Shown here: positions 45,901 through 60,900 of the stretch, piece after piece
Position numbering within the stretch: position 1 is the stretch's first letter
Layout: every line of letters starts with the position of its first letter
Origin: an uncultured Planctomycetia bacterium
Lineage (GTDB): Bacteria; Omnitrophota; Gorgyraeia; 2-02-FULL-51-18
Length of the DNA: 64,000 nucleotides
NCBI GenBank assembly: GCA_964606485.1
Contig: CAZSGP010000001.1
Location: 161,085 to 225,084, forward strand
Reading direction: 5' to 3'
The notes under the pieces: model-generated
Database searches by the model: none
The model's input: the letters and a program-made list of their open reading frames with translations, nothing else
Told to the model about the DNA's origin: nothing
Program-made: the position numbers and the translations under genes

Positions 45901-48900
45901 CGGAACCAATCAGGCGCTGGTTAAATTTAGAATTGTCGCCAATGATTCTGCCATTGATGGAACCGCTTTTACGAGCACCTCCGGAAATCTTACCGTTCGG
46001 CGGGGACTGACTCTCACGTCTTTAAACTCAGGAACCTACAACGACCAAACACCTATCGATATTACCTGGGATTATTTGGGTGAAAAGACCGCCGATGCGT
46101 TTGACTGGGGAAACTTAAAATTCGAATTTTGTAATAACGGTGTCTGTGCCCAACCCTCGGACTGGACCAGTCTTCCGATTACAACGGGCCCAACGACTTA
46201 TCTTGCGGATCAGGCGGTGAATATTAATGAGACGGGAACGCCTCCTTTTTCAGGAGCCGGTAAGTATGTTTGGACAATTCCGACCGGCTTTACCACCAAC
46301 GGAGCGCAAGCCAAGATCAGAATTTCAAGTGCCAGCGATCCTAGCATTATTCAGACGTCCTCAAGTTTTTTTACAATCAATCCGACGGTCAGGTTGCTCA
46401 CTCCCTCATCTACGGGCATTGTGATGTACCGCGGGGGAAGTTCGTATGACATTACTTGGACAGCAGATGCTTCTATTGCGAACGTAAAACTGGATTATGC
46501 AACTGATGGCGTAACGTTTAGCAATCCAATTGCGGCGAGCGTGGCTTCTTCAGGCGTGGGCACTAATACTTACTCATGGACCGTGCCGAATAATGTCGGA
46601 ACCAATGTAAAAGTAAAAATTGGAAATGCCGATACGATCGGCATCTACCCGCCAGGCTCATTCACCGCGGTTTCAGCAAATCCATTTACGATTAAAGGCA
46701 GTATCGACGGCATTACACCCAATAGCGGAACCGTTCCTTATGCTGCTCCTTCTGTTTCGGTCACCTGGAACTCCCACGGAGCTTTAGGAAATGTGAAAAT
46801 ATTTTTATCATCCGATGGCAGCACCTCCAATTTTCCGACTCAGCTAAATTCCGGATCGGTGGCAGGCGGCAATGACACCAGCAGTCCCAACAGTTTTTCA
46901 TGGGATTTGACAAGCCCCAGCATTCCGCCGGGAACGTACGTGATCCGCGTTCAAGAAGTGGATGGGGGCGGTACTCCGATCGGGGATGTTTACGGTGATT
47001 CTTCCGCGACATTTAAAGTGGTTGGAGCGATAGCGATTACGAACCCTCCGGTGAATCCGAGTCCTCCGACGTGGGTTGTAAACCAAAATGATGCCACGAC
47101 ACTTTTAACTTGGACAAAAAATCCAGGCTCGCTTGGAAACGTGAAGGTGGAATATTCCATTGACGACGGCGCGACGTGGCCGGGCGGCGCTCAAATCATC
47201 AGCGCTTCCAACAGTGGAACGACGCAAGCATTTACCGTGCCGGCATCCGCGGTGAGCGCAAGTTACATGAAATTCAAAGTTAGCTTGGTCAGCGATCCAA
47301 CCAATGTTCAGGCAACGTCTGACCGCGTCAAAGCCAGAGGCACTTTGCAAGTTGTTCTCCCCAATGCCACGACTGATATTTTAAAAGTTGATCAATCGTA
47401 CAACATCACGTGGACCAGCAAAGATTTCCTAAATAACGATTTGAACTGGGACAATGTCGATATCAGCTATTCCTTTGACGGAACGATTTATACGCCCATT
47501 ACTGGCGTAAACGGCGTTCCGGCCATTCCAGCGGCGTACTCCTGGACTCCCGATCCCGCTGTTCAAAGTGACACGGTTAAAATTAAAGTTCAGGGCCACA
47601 CTTACACCGACGTCGCAGACACCTCGGATAATTTTTTCAAAATTAAACCGAATATGGTTATCTTGACGCATAACGGCGGCGGCGCTCCAATCTGGTACGT
47701 CGACGCATATTCTGCCGCCGCGAGCATCACCTGGGAAACGCATGCGAAAGCGGGAACTGTCAATAACGTGAATCTTTATTATTGCAAAGGCGCTTTGGCG
47801 GATGATTGCGCAGGTTCAGGAACGTGGAACGCGATTCCGGGAACGGCGGGACTTTCGAATATTAATGCCTACAGCTGGAGCGTGGCGGATGCGATCGGGC
47901 CCTACACCCGTGTGAAAGTGGAGCCTCTGGTAAACGGAGCGACCGACGCGACGCTGGCGGATATTTCCAACAATGATTTTACGATTCGCGGCGCTTTTGA
48001 GTTTGTTCAGCCGGCCGCGGCGGCGATTTTAAGAGTGGGTGCTACGCCCACCATTCAGTGGACGAATCACGGCACCATGCCGAATGCGCCGACTCCGAAT
48101 ATTTCGATTAAATATACGCTGAACGGGTCAGTTTACACGGATATTGATGGCTCGCAACCTTTGACAAATGCCGCAGCGTATGGTGGTCACACCTATAACA
48201 CTTGGACGATTCCAGACGCGGCACGCGGAGCAGTGGGACTCAAAATTCAATGGGAAGGGGACGCAGCCAATGTGAATGCGACCCGCGCCGTTTCAATCAA
48301 GCCCGATATTGTGATCAATTCTCCCAACGGCCTCACCTACCACATTGGAGATACGCCCGTGATTGAATTCACTCATACGGGACGCACGTCGGATACTTTT
48401 AAAGTCCGCTACTCCATCGACGGCGGCACAAACTGGAGCGACGCGGGAGCGAGTCCTACGGTGACCAGTGTCGCGCCGAACACGCCTTACACTTTCTCGC
48501 CGGCACCGGCGTTTACGATTCCAAACGACACTGGCATTGTGGTGCCGAATCAATTTAAAATCCGCGTGGAGCTTGTGGGTGATGAGACCGATGTGAAAAA
48601 AGATTCGGCCGTGAACACTATTTTAGGGAAATTGGCACCGGTATCGGCGCCGGCGGGTCCTTGGACCGCGGGTGTGACGACCCCGAATATTACGTGGACG
48701 CCCCAGGGAATCACGACGGTTAAAATCGAATACGCAACCGACGGAGTCACTTTTTCGAACGTCATTAACAATACGGCCACCGGAAATAATTATACGTGGC
48801 CGGCCATTCCCGGCTCGGCCGTCAGCGACAATGTCAAAGTTCGTGTCACCGCGCAAGACGCTAATGATAGCGTCACTTCCGTTACAACGGGCAGTGCCGT

Positions 48901-51900
48901 GACAATTTTACCGCAACTGGTTTTAACGGCTCCGAATGGACCTCTGGCGCGTTACGTTGGAGATGCATTGCCAATTACGTGGAATAGCACGGGTGCCGGA
49001 AATATTAAAATTGAATATACGTCCGATGCCGATCAGGTGACCCCAACTTGGACAACGCTGCCGGGCTATGGCACGGTGGACAGCACGCCGCAGAGCGCTT
49101 CGAATGCGTCGGTGCCGAATGTGATCAGCAATCATGTGAAATTTAGAATTACTAATTTAAACGCGAATCCTGCTTTGGTAGTGACAAGCGAGTCCTCGAT
49201 TGAATTTCCGATTAAGGGTTCGCTGGTTCTAAATTCTCTGACTGCGGCCGGACTTTCTTACACATTGGGCGATCAGCCGGATGTGAGCTGGACTCCCAAC
49301 GGAAGCATTGGGGATATCACTGTGGAATATTATAACGGTTCGAGCTGGAGCACGCTCACAACGACTGCTCCTGAAAGCGGGCCGTTTTCACTGCTATTGG
49401 ATGCGGCAAATGGAATCACCACTGCCACCAATTTAGCAAAGGTGCGTATTTCTGCAACAAACGGATCAACCGCCGTCATCGCATCTGCCAATGCTTTTAT
49501 TGTGAAGCCGCTTATTTCTGTTACGGCACCGTCGGCCGGAAATGATGTCTGGAGAGTGGACGATTCCAACGCCGTCGGGACGGAGCGCTTTATTACCTGG
49601 ACTAAAAAAGGCGCCAACATTGCCAATGTGAAAATCGAATATTCTACCGATAATTTTTCGAGCGACATCAACGAGATTTATGCGTCGACAGCGAACGACG
49701 GCACGCAGAGTTGGTCCGCTTCAGCGGGTGCTACTTCCGACGTTCCGGACGTGATTAACCCCTCGCCAAATATCAAAATTCGAGTTTCGACATTGCCCAC
49801 TTCAGACCCATGGGCTGTTTCGGCAACTTCTTCGGTTTTTAGAATTATCGGACAATTGCGAATGGATACTCCTGACGATGCAACTCCTGCGAAGTGGACG
49901 ATTAATTCCACAAAAACAATCGGGTGGACCAACTTGCACGGAACTATCGACAATGTCAAAATTTATTATTCAACGGCCGGCGATGGAGGCCCGTGGACCA
50001 TACTCCGCAATAGCGGAGGCACTATTGCTACTGTCCCATCAGGGGGTCCCGGAGCTCACACTTACGATTGGGCGATTCCTGACGATTTTCCGATTGTAAA
50101 AGATGATTTTAGATTGAAGGTTGTGGACGCCGACAATTCAAATGTGGAAGATGCGTCCACCGCCGCAAGCTCTACGCTTTCCAAATTTACTTTCGTTCAT
50201 CCCATCACAACCGACGTGTGGGTGGCCGAAACTACGCATACCATTCAGTGGACCACTGCTCAAGCGGGTGTCCCGGCAAACGTCAAGATTGAAGTCAACA
50301 CCGGTTCGGGATGGACCAATCTCGTTGAGAATGAAGGAACGGCCAACGATGGCATCATCGTGAATGATGGATCTCAGCCGTGGCTTCTTTCCGCAACAAG
50401 ATCGCTTGCCGCGCAAGTGCGGATTTCAGATCCTTCAAATTCAACCGACAGTGTGACGCTGAGCCAAACTTTTAAAATCAGAGGAGATTTAACGGTTCAA
50501 ATTCCATCTGATGGAACGCAGTCATGGAGTGTTGCTGCGAGCAATGCCGACACGCATGCGATTACTTGGGTGAAGAAGGGAAATATTGCGAACGTTAATC
50601 TTCAAATGACCAAAGACTTTACCGCCGGAACGCCGGTGTGGGAAAATCTTGCGGACGGGACAACACCGACGCCGCAAGTCACGCAAAATCTTGATGTAAC
50701 CGGAAGCGCTAATGGCCCCTACACCTTTACTTGGGTGGTTCCGAATATCGCGGGTATCACGACTACCAAAGCAGCTATTCGCGTGGTAGACGCTTCTGAC
50801 GGAACTGTTTTGGATGACTCCGATAATATCTTCACGATCAAAGGAAACGTTGCACTCACCGCCCCGAATGGGGGAGGCACTTACGCTGTCGGAGACTCAA
50901 TCACGATTAGCGGCACTTTGTTCGGTCCGATCACAAAGATCCGTCTTTTCTATACCAAATTGGGCGTGAATTACAATCTGCTCGGAGTTGCCGGTCAATA
51001 TTCGACCATGGACGTTGGCGGAGCGTCTTTTACGACGAGCAGCAATCTGGTTCCGAATTTAATTGGAAACGGAATCACGATGACGGTGCAGGACGATTCG
51101 AACACCACCGTTCAAGATGTGTCCGATGCGAGCTTCGGTTTTAAAGGCAATGTCGGCATCACCGCTCCGACCACAGCCGGCACAACAGGTTCACCGTTTA
51201 TCGCGAATACTTCTCAGGATATTGTTTGGGATCGCTTTGGCTCGATCGGCAACATGACGTTTTATTACAGCGTAAACGATGGCCCCTATACGGCGGTCGC
51301 CGGCGCCGGTGCTGTTCCGTCCCCCTCAGCTAGCGGCAATACTTTTTCATGGACGGTTCCTGATGATTCCATTGTTTCGAACAATGTTAAAATTAAAATG
51401 ACGGGACCCGATCTTTATAATGATGTGATTTCCGAACCCTTTATCGTGAAAGGCAGTATTGCAATCAACGCTCTGGCAGGTCCTTATGTGTTGGGGGACG
51501 ATGTCAATTTAACGTGGACGGCTCACGGAGACATTGGTGTTGTCAAAGTTGAATATTTTGACGGCACGGGTTGGAACGTGATCACAAGCTCCGCGCCGCA
51601 AAACGGACCCTATACACTAACTCTCGACACCGCTACTGGTATTACAAAAGCAACAAACATTGCTCAAGTTCGAGTTTCTGCGAATGCCGACCCGGCGGTT
51701 GTCTCAACATCCGGACAATTTATGGTGAAGCCGCTCATCACTGTGACGGCACCTGCGTCCGGTAATGATATTTGGAGAGTCGACGATTCCAATACGGTGG
51801 GAACGGAGCGACTCATCACATGGACCAAGAAAGGTTCAAACATTGCGAATGTGAAGATTCAGTATTCTTCCGATAATTTCGTGAGCGATATCAACGACAT

Positions 51901-54900
51901 ATATGCGACTACCGCCAATGACGGAAGTCAGAGTTGGTCGGCCGCACTCGGCGCAACATCCGATGTACCGGATAATATCCGCACCTCTAAAGATTTGAAA
52001 GTTAGAGTTTTAACGTTGCCGACTTCCGATCCATGGGCGGTGTCTGCCTCCTCCGCTGTTTTCCAAATCATCGGTCAGCTCACGATGGATACTCCGAATG
52101 ATGTGACGGGAGTCAAGTGGAGAATTAATTCCACGAACACGGTTGCCTGGACCAATACGCACGGCTCTATTGACGACGTAAAAATATATTATTCGACCGA
52201 TTCGGGAACGAACTGGACGATTATCCGTAATTCCGGGGGTAACATTGCGTCTGTTCCTTCGGGATCTGCCGGACAACAGCATACTTATGACTGGGCGATT
52301 CCCGACGACTTTCCGATTATTAAAGATACTTTTAGATTAAAAGTCGTGGATTTCGGAAATGCCAATGTCGAAGATCCTTCGACGGCCCTAAGCTCGACGC
52401 TTTCGAAATTTGTCTTCACGCATCCCATTTCGACTGACGTTTGGGTTGCTGAAAACACTCAAACCATTCAATGGACCACGGCTCAAGCAGGTGTGCCCAC
52501 CAATGTGAAAGTGGAATACAACGTCGGTGGCGGCTGGACGGTGATTAGCGAAAACGAGGGAACGGCCAATGACGGCATTATCGTTAATGACGGCACCCAA
52601 CCTTGGACGCTTCCGTCTACAAGATCTTTGGCGGCTCAAGTCAGAATTTCAGATCCAGACGATGTGAATAGTATTACGAACAGTCAGGCCTTTAAAATTC
52701 GCGGCGATCTGACGATGACCGCACCCAATACCGGAACCGAGTCGTGGGGGGTTGGTATCAATAATGGTGACACGCACGCCATTACCTGGACTAAAAAGGG
52801 AAATATCGCCAACATCAATTTGCAAATGACAAAAGACGTTACCGCCGGAACTCCAGTGTGGGAAAACTTGGTTGATGGAACCACGCCGACTCCGCAGGTG
52901 ACACAAAATATCGATGTCACCGGAAGCGCCAACGGACCCTTTACGTTTAACTGGGTGATCCCGAATGTTGCGGGTATCACCACGACCAAGGCGGCGATTC
53001 GCGTGATTGACGCCTCTGACGGAACCGTACTAGATGATTCGGATGCGATGTTTACGATTAAGGGTACGGTGCATTTGTCGAATCCCAACGGCGGCGGCTC
53101 TTACGCGGTCGGTAGTGTGATCACGGTTGATGGAACCGTGTTTGGTCCGATTACGAACGTGCGTCTTTATTACACCAAGAGCGGCACGGATTATGGGTTA
53201 AACGAAGTTGTTGGCGGTCAAGTGGTGGCGGTCACGGGTTCCAATTTTACTAAACAATGGACGGTTCCGGATAGAATTGGGACGGGAATTACCGTTCGCG
53301 TGGAAGACGCATCAAACTCCGTCGTGCAGGATCCATCCGATGCCGGCTTTGGCATTAAAGGAAATGTTGCGATCACCGCTCCGACGACTGCAGGAACCAC
53401 TGGAACGCCGTTTATTGCGAACACCGCTCAGAATATTATTTGGGATAAATTCGGTTCGATCGGCAATATGACATTTACTTATAGTGTCAATGACGGACCC
53501 TATACGGCGGTATCGGGAGCCGGCGCGGTTCCTTCGCCTTCCTCCACAAATAATACTTTTTCTTGGACGGTGCCAGATACTGGAATTGTTTCGACCAACG
53601 TCAAAATTAAAATGTCCGGCAGCGATCTTTTGAATGACGTGATCTCAGAGCCATTTATTGTTAAGGGGAGCATTGTCTTAAACGCTGTTACCGGTCCTTA
53701 CGCTTTGGGTGACGATGCCAATCTCACTTGGACGGCTCACGGAGATATTGGTTTTGTGAAAGTAGAGTATTTCGACGGCACAGGCTGGAATGTTGTGACG
53801 ACCACCGCTCCTCAAAATGGCCCTTACACGATCACGCTGGATTCTGGCGCAAGCATCACCAAAGCCACAGATATCGCACAAGTGAGAATTTCATCGGCCG
53901 CTGATCCCGCAGTTGTTTCGACATCCGGTCAATTTATGGTCAAGCCGGTAGTGGCTATCACAAGCCCTGCGGGTGGCAATGATATCTGGGTGGTGGACGC
54001 GGTCAAAAATATTACGTGGAATAAAAAAGGCTCAAATATTGCCAACGTAAAAATTGAATATTCGAGTGATAATTTCGCCGCCGACATAAACCCGCTCACG
54101 GGCGCTGAATTCACAAACGGTGACACCACTAACGACGGAACAGCCTCATGGATTGTTCCGGATAACTTGCGTTCTTCCAAAGATCTGAAAATCAGAATCC
54201 GAACTTTAGCGACAGCAGATCCTTGGGCTGTCACAGCTGTTTCCGTCCCCTTCCAAATCATCGGTCAACTCACTATGGACACTCCCGATGACTCAACCGC
54301 AGTCAAATGGAGAATCAATTCCACGAACACCATTGCTTGGACCAACACGCACGGCGCGATTCAAAACGTAAAGATCTATTACTCTTCAGCAGGGGACGGA
54401 GGTCCTTGGACTCAGCTTCCCGGTACTGGAAACATTGGGTCAGGTGCCGCCCAGCAACAACACACTTATGATTGGGCTATTCCCGACGACTTCCCGATCA
54501 TCAAAGATACCTTTAGATTAAAAGTGGTCGATGCAACAAACGCCAACGTGGAAGACGCGTCTACTGCAGTGAGTTCGACCCTCGCAAAATTCACCATCTC
54601 TCATCCAATCTCATCCGATATTTGGGTTGCTGAAAACACTCAAACTATTCAGTGGGCCACTGCTCAAGCGGGTGTGCCGGCTAATGTGAAAGTGGAGTAC
54701 AACGTTGGAGCGGGTTGGGTTCCTATCAACGAAAATGAGGGAACAGCTAATGACGGCATCATTGTGAATGATGGGACGCAGCCTTGGCTCTTGACTGCCA
54801 CCCGATCTCTTGCGGCACAGGTGAGAATTTCAGATCCGAGTAATTCGGACAGCATTGTGAATAGTCAGTCGTTTAAGATTAGGGGAAGCTTAACGATGAC

Positions 54901-57900
54901 AGCACCCAACACCGGAACGGAGTCTTGGGGAGTGGGTGTCAATGATGCTGATACTCACGCCATCACCTGGACTAAAAAGGGAAATATCGCCAACGTCAAT
55001 TTACAATTAACCAAAGATTTTACGGCCGGAACTCCCGTTTGGGAGGATTTGGTTGATGGAACGTCTACTCCTCAAAACACACAAAATATTGATGTCACCG
55101 GAAGCGCCAACGGACCCTTTGCTTTTAACTGGGTGATACCGAATGCGGCGGGTATCACCACCACGAAAGCGGCGATTCGCGTGATTGACGCTTCTGACGG
55201 AACGGTGTTGGACGATTCGGACGTGATGTTTACCATTAAGGGTAATGTGCATTTATCCAATCCCAACGGCGGCGGCTCTTACGCGGTGGGTAGTGTAATT
55301 ACCGTTGATGGCTCGGTGTTTGGTCCGATTGCAAACGTCCGTCTCTACTATGTCAAAAGCGGAACGGACTATGGCCTGAACGAAGTGGTTGGTGGTCAAA
55401 TTGTTGCGGTTGCCGGAGCGAGTTTCACCAAACAATGGACGGTTCCAGATCGTATTGGCACCGGTGTTACGATCCGCGTGGAAGACGCAGCCAATTCTAT
55501 TGTGCAGGATACATCCGATGCCGGTTTTGGCATTAAAGGAAATGTTGTAATTACAGCCCCGACGACTGCGGGAACCACCGGGTCTCCCTTTATCGCGAAC
55601 ACCGCTCAAAACATTGTTTGGGACCGCAATGGAACGATCGGGAATCTTACCTTCTACTATAGCGTCAATGACGGCGCTTACACGGCGGTGTCGGGAGCCG
55701 GCGCTGTACCGTCCCCCTTATTAACGGGTAATAGTTTTTCTTGGACGGTGCCGGACACAGGAATTGTTTCGACCAACGTTAAAATTAAAATGTCCGGAAG
55801 CGATCTTTTGGCAGATGTGATCTCTGAGCCATTCATTGTAAAAGGTACAATCGTGCTAAACGCGGTTACCGGGCCCTATACCTTAGGAGATGATGCCAAT
55901 CTTACTTGGACCGCTCACGGAGATATTGGTGTTGTGAAAGTGGAATATTTCGACGGCACGGGTTGGAACGTGGTTACAACATCCGCTCCTCAAAACGGAC
56001 CCTATACGCTGACGCTTGATTCCGGAGCGAGCATTACCAAAGCGACTAACATCGCCCAAGTGAGAGTTTCGGCCAACGCCGACCCTGTGGTGGTTTCAAC
56101 CTCCGGGCAATTCATGGTGAAGCCGTTTGTTTCGATCACAAGTCCTGCCGGCGGCAATGATATCTGGGTGGTGGATGCGACAAAGAATGTGACGTGGAGC
56201 AAAAAAGGTTCGAATATTGCGAATGTTCATATCGATTATTCATCCGATAACTTTAGCGCTGACGTCAACAATCTAACGGGCGTTGAGTTCACGAATGGTG
56301 ACACAACGAACGATGGTACAGCGCAGTGGATTGTTCCGGATAACTTGCGTTCTTCCAAAGATCTGAAAATCAGAATCCGTACTTTACCATTAGCGGATCC
56401 ATGGGCGATTAGCGCAACTAGCGTCCCCTTCCAAATCATCGGTCAACTCACCATGGACACTCCCGATGACTCAACCGCAGTCAAATGGAGAATTAATTCC
56501 ACCAACACCATTGCTTGGACCAACACGCACGGCGCGATTCAAAACGTAAAGATCTATTACTCTTCAGCAGGGGACGGAGGTCCTTGGACTCAGCTTCCCG
56601 GTACTGGAAACATTGGGTCAGGTGCCGCCCAGCAACAACACACTTATGATTGGGCTATTCCCGACGACTTCCCGATCATCAAAGATACCTTTAGATTAAA
56701 AGTGGTCGATGCAACAAACGCCAACGTGGAAGACGCGTCTACTGCAGTGAGTTCGACCCTCGCAAAATTCACCATCTCTCATCCAATCTCATCCGATATT
56801 TGGGTTGCTGAAAACACTCAAACTATTCAGTGGGCCACTGCTCAAGCGGGTGTGCCGGCTAATGTGAAGATCGAATATTCATATGACAATACGAATTGGT
56901 TTTCCATAGCAGAAAACGAAGGAACGGCTAATGACGGCATCATTGTAAACGATGGCACTCAACCCTGGGCATTGCCCGCGACAAGAGCGCTTGCCGCGCA
57001 TATCCGCATCTCAGATCCGAATGATGTTAGCAGTATCGTGTCTAGCGACGCCTTTAAGATTAGAGGCGATTTGACCATAGACATTCCAAGCGATGGAACG
57101 CAGTCATGGGGAATTGGTATCAATAACGCTGACACCCATACGATTCAATGGACGAAAAAGGGAAGTATCGCCAACGTCAACTTACAAATGACCAAAGATG
57201 CTTCCGTTGGTTCTCCTGTATGGGAAGATCTAGTAGATGGAACCACACCTGCGGGTCAGGCGACTCAAAATATTGATGTCACCGGCAGTGCGAATGGCCC
57301 TTACACATTTAACTGGGTGATTCCTAACACTGCGGGTATGACAACGACGAAAGCAAAAATTCGCGTAGTGGATGCGTCCGATGGAACGGTGCTCGACGAT
57401 TCTGATTCTATGTTTACCATTAAGGGCAACGTACACTTGACCGGCCCTAATGGCGGTGGCAACTACGCTGTGGGAAGTGCGGTTACGGTGAACGGATCCG
57501 TATTTGGTCCGATCACTAGCGTCCGTCTGTATTACACGAAGAGCGGCACGGATTATGGACTTAACGAAGTGGTGGGTGGCGATGTGGTGGCCGTCTCGGG
57601 CTCAAGTTTTACGAGACAATGGACGATCCCAGACCGGATTGGCTCAGGAATCACTGTCCGGGTGGAAGACTCCACAAACTCACTGATTCAAGATACGTCC
57701 GATGCCGGATTTAATATCAAAGGCAATGTGGTGATCTCGGCTCCCACGACTGCAGGAACCACCGGCACGCCGTTTATCGCGAATGCGTCGCACAATATTA
57801 TTTGGGATCGCAACGGATCCATCGGCAACATGACTTTTTATTACAATGTGAACGATGGAGCGTGGACGGCTGTGTCGGGCGCCGGCGCGGTTCCTTCACC

Positions 57901-60900
57901 TGCACTGTCCAATAACAGTTTTGCGTGGACGTTGCCGGACACGGGAATTGTTTCAACCAACGTTAAAATTAAAATGTCCGGCTCAGATTTATTGGCGGAT
58001 GTGATCTCCGAACCCTTTATCGTCAAGGGAAGCATTGTGTTAAACGCGGTACCGGGCCCTTACTTTTTAGGAGATGATGCGAATCTCACCTGGACGGCTC
58101 ACGGTGATATTGGAAATGTCAAAGTCGAATATTTTGACGGCGCGGGGTGGAACGTGGTTACAACTGCCGCTTCTCAGAACGGTCCCTACACCCTGACACT
58201 GGATGCGGTGAACAGTATCACCAAAGCAACCGACATCGCACAAGTGAGAATTTCCTCTAACGCTGACCCGGCCGTTGTTTCAACCTCGGCACAATTCCTC
58301 GTCAAGCCGCTCATTACGGTTACAAGTCCTGCGGGAGGCAATGATATTTGGGTAGTGGACGCCGTTAAAAATATTACCTGGGATAAAAAAGGTTCAAATA
58401 TTGCGAATGTTCACATTGATTATTCAACCGATAACTTTAATACAGACGTCAACAATCTCACCGGTGCTGAATTTACAAATGGAGACACGACGAATGACGG
58501 CACCGCTTCGTGGGTGGTTCCGGATAACTTGCGTTCTTCAAAAGATCTGAAAATCAGAATCCGCACATTGCCTTTGCCGGATGCGTGGGCAGTATCGGCA
58601 ACATCTGTCCCCATTCAGATTATCGGTCAGCTGACCATGGACACCCCCAATGACGTCACGGGAGTGAATTGGAGAATCAACGCGACGAATACCGTCGCGT
58701 GGACCAACACGCACGGCGCCATTCAAAACGTAAAAATTTATTATTCTTCGGATTCCGGTACAAATTGGACCGTTATCCGCAATGCCGGCGGCAGCATCGG
58801 AAACATCTCATCGGGTGCGGCTGGCCAGCAGCATACTTACGACTGGGCGATTCCCAGTGACTTTCCGATTATCAAGGATACGTTTAGGCTTAAAGTTGTC
58901 GATGCATCGAATGCCAACGTGGAGGACCCCTCAACGGCCGTTAGTTCCACTCTAGCCAATTTTACGTACACGCATCCAATCTCCTCGGATGTGTGGATCG
59001 CGGAGAACACTCAAACCATTCAATGGGCGACACCGAGCGCGGGTGTTCCGGCTAACGTCAAAGTGGAGTATTCCTATAATGACACGAACTGGTTCCCGAT
59101 CGTAGAAAACGAAGGCACGGCCAATGACGGCATTATTGTGAACGATGGCACTCAGCCTTGGGCGCTTCCGACGACTCGGTCGCTTGCCGCTAAAATTAGA
59201 ATTTCAGATCCGAATGATTCGACGAACAGCGCCATCAAGAGTCAGGCCTTTAAAATTCGTGGTGATGTCACGCTGACTGCGCCAAACTCTGCTTTGTCAT
59301 GGGGTATCGGTGTGAACAATGCGGATAATCACGCGATTACTTGGACAAAGAAAGGGGATATTGCCAACGTTAATCTTCAGTACACCAAAGATGCCTCTGC
59401 TGGAACCGTGGTTTGGGAAGATTTGGTCGACGGCACAACTCCGACGCCCAATGCCACACAAAATATTTCGACAGCGGGCTCAGGGCCCTTTACCTACAAT
59501 TGGGTCATCCCTAATATCTCCGGTATCATTACAACGAAAGCCAGGATTCGCATTATCGATGCTTCCGACTCGACGGTTTACGACGATTCGGATGTGAACT
59601 TTATCATCAAGGGTAACGTGGGTATTAGTTATCCGGATGGATCGGTGAATTATGCCGTCGGCAGTGTCGTGACGGTGACGGGAACGATTTTCGGTGACAT
59701 CCCACAGATTCGCTTAAGTTACAACAAGGGTGGAACGTGGTACGGTTTGAACGGAGTAGTGGGTGGTGCGCTAGTGGATTCCGCCGGAACAACCTACTCT
59801 TATGATTGGACGATTCCCGACGCGATCGGCAACGGCATTTACGTGCGCGCAGAAGATTCGAACAACAACACCGTCGGTAGCAATTCTCCGACATTTGGCA
59901 TTAAAGGCAATGTGGCGATCACGGCGCCAACGACTATCGGCACGACAGGGTCTCCGTTTATTGCCAACACCGCTCAGAGCATTGTCTGGGATCGCAACGG
60001 TACGATTGGAAATCTCACTTTTTCATATAGCGTGAATAACGGAGCCTACACCGCCGTTGCCGGTGCGGGTGCCGTGCCGTCGCCATTATTAACGGGCAAT
60101 AGTTTTTCTTGGACCGTCCCTGACACCGACATTGTTTCAACCAACGTTAAAATTAAAATGTCCGGCGCCGATCTCTTGGCGGATGTGATTTCTGAGCCCT
60201 TTATTGTGAAGGGCACCATTGCGCTTAACGCGGTGACAGGGCCTTATACGCTTGGGGATGATGCCAATCTGACTTGGTCTGCTCACGGAGATATTGGGCT
60301 TGTGAAAGTGGAATACTTCGACGGCACCGGTTGGAACGTGATCACAACCACGGCTCCGCAGAATGGGCCCTATACGCTGACACTGGATGCGGTCAATAGC
60401 ATCACCAAAGCCAGCAATATTGCACAAGTTCGCGTTTCCGCGGCCTCCGATCCGGTCGTAGTTTCAACCTCGGGGCAATTCATGGTGAAACCGTTTATTG
60501 TCATTACGGCACCCACCGGTGGAAATGATATTTGGGTGGTTGACGCAGCGAAAAATATTACCTGGACAAAAAAAGGTTCGAATATTGCGAATGTGCGCAT
60601 TGATTATTCATCCGATAACTTTACAAACTCAGATCTTTTAACCGGCGCCGAATTTACGAACGGAGACACGCCCAATGATGGAACGGTGTCTTGGGATGTG
60701 CCGGATAATATTCGTTCAGCCAAAGATTTAAAAATCCGCATTCGCACGCTTCCGCTTTCCGACACGTGGGCGGTGAGTGCGAACTCTGCCCCATTCCAAA
60801 TTATTGGCCAGCTCACCATGGACACGCCGGATGACACGACACCCGTGGTGTGGAGAATTAATTCAACCAATACCGTTGCTTGGACCAACACGCACGGCGC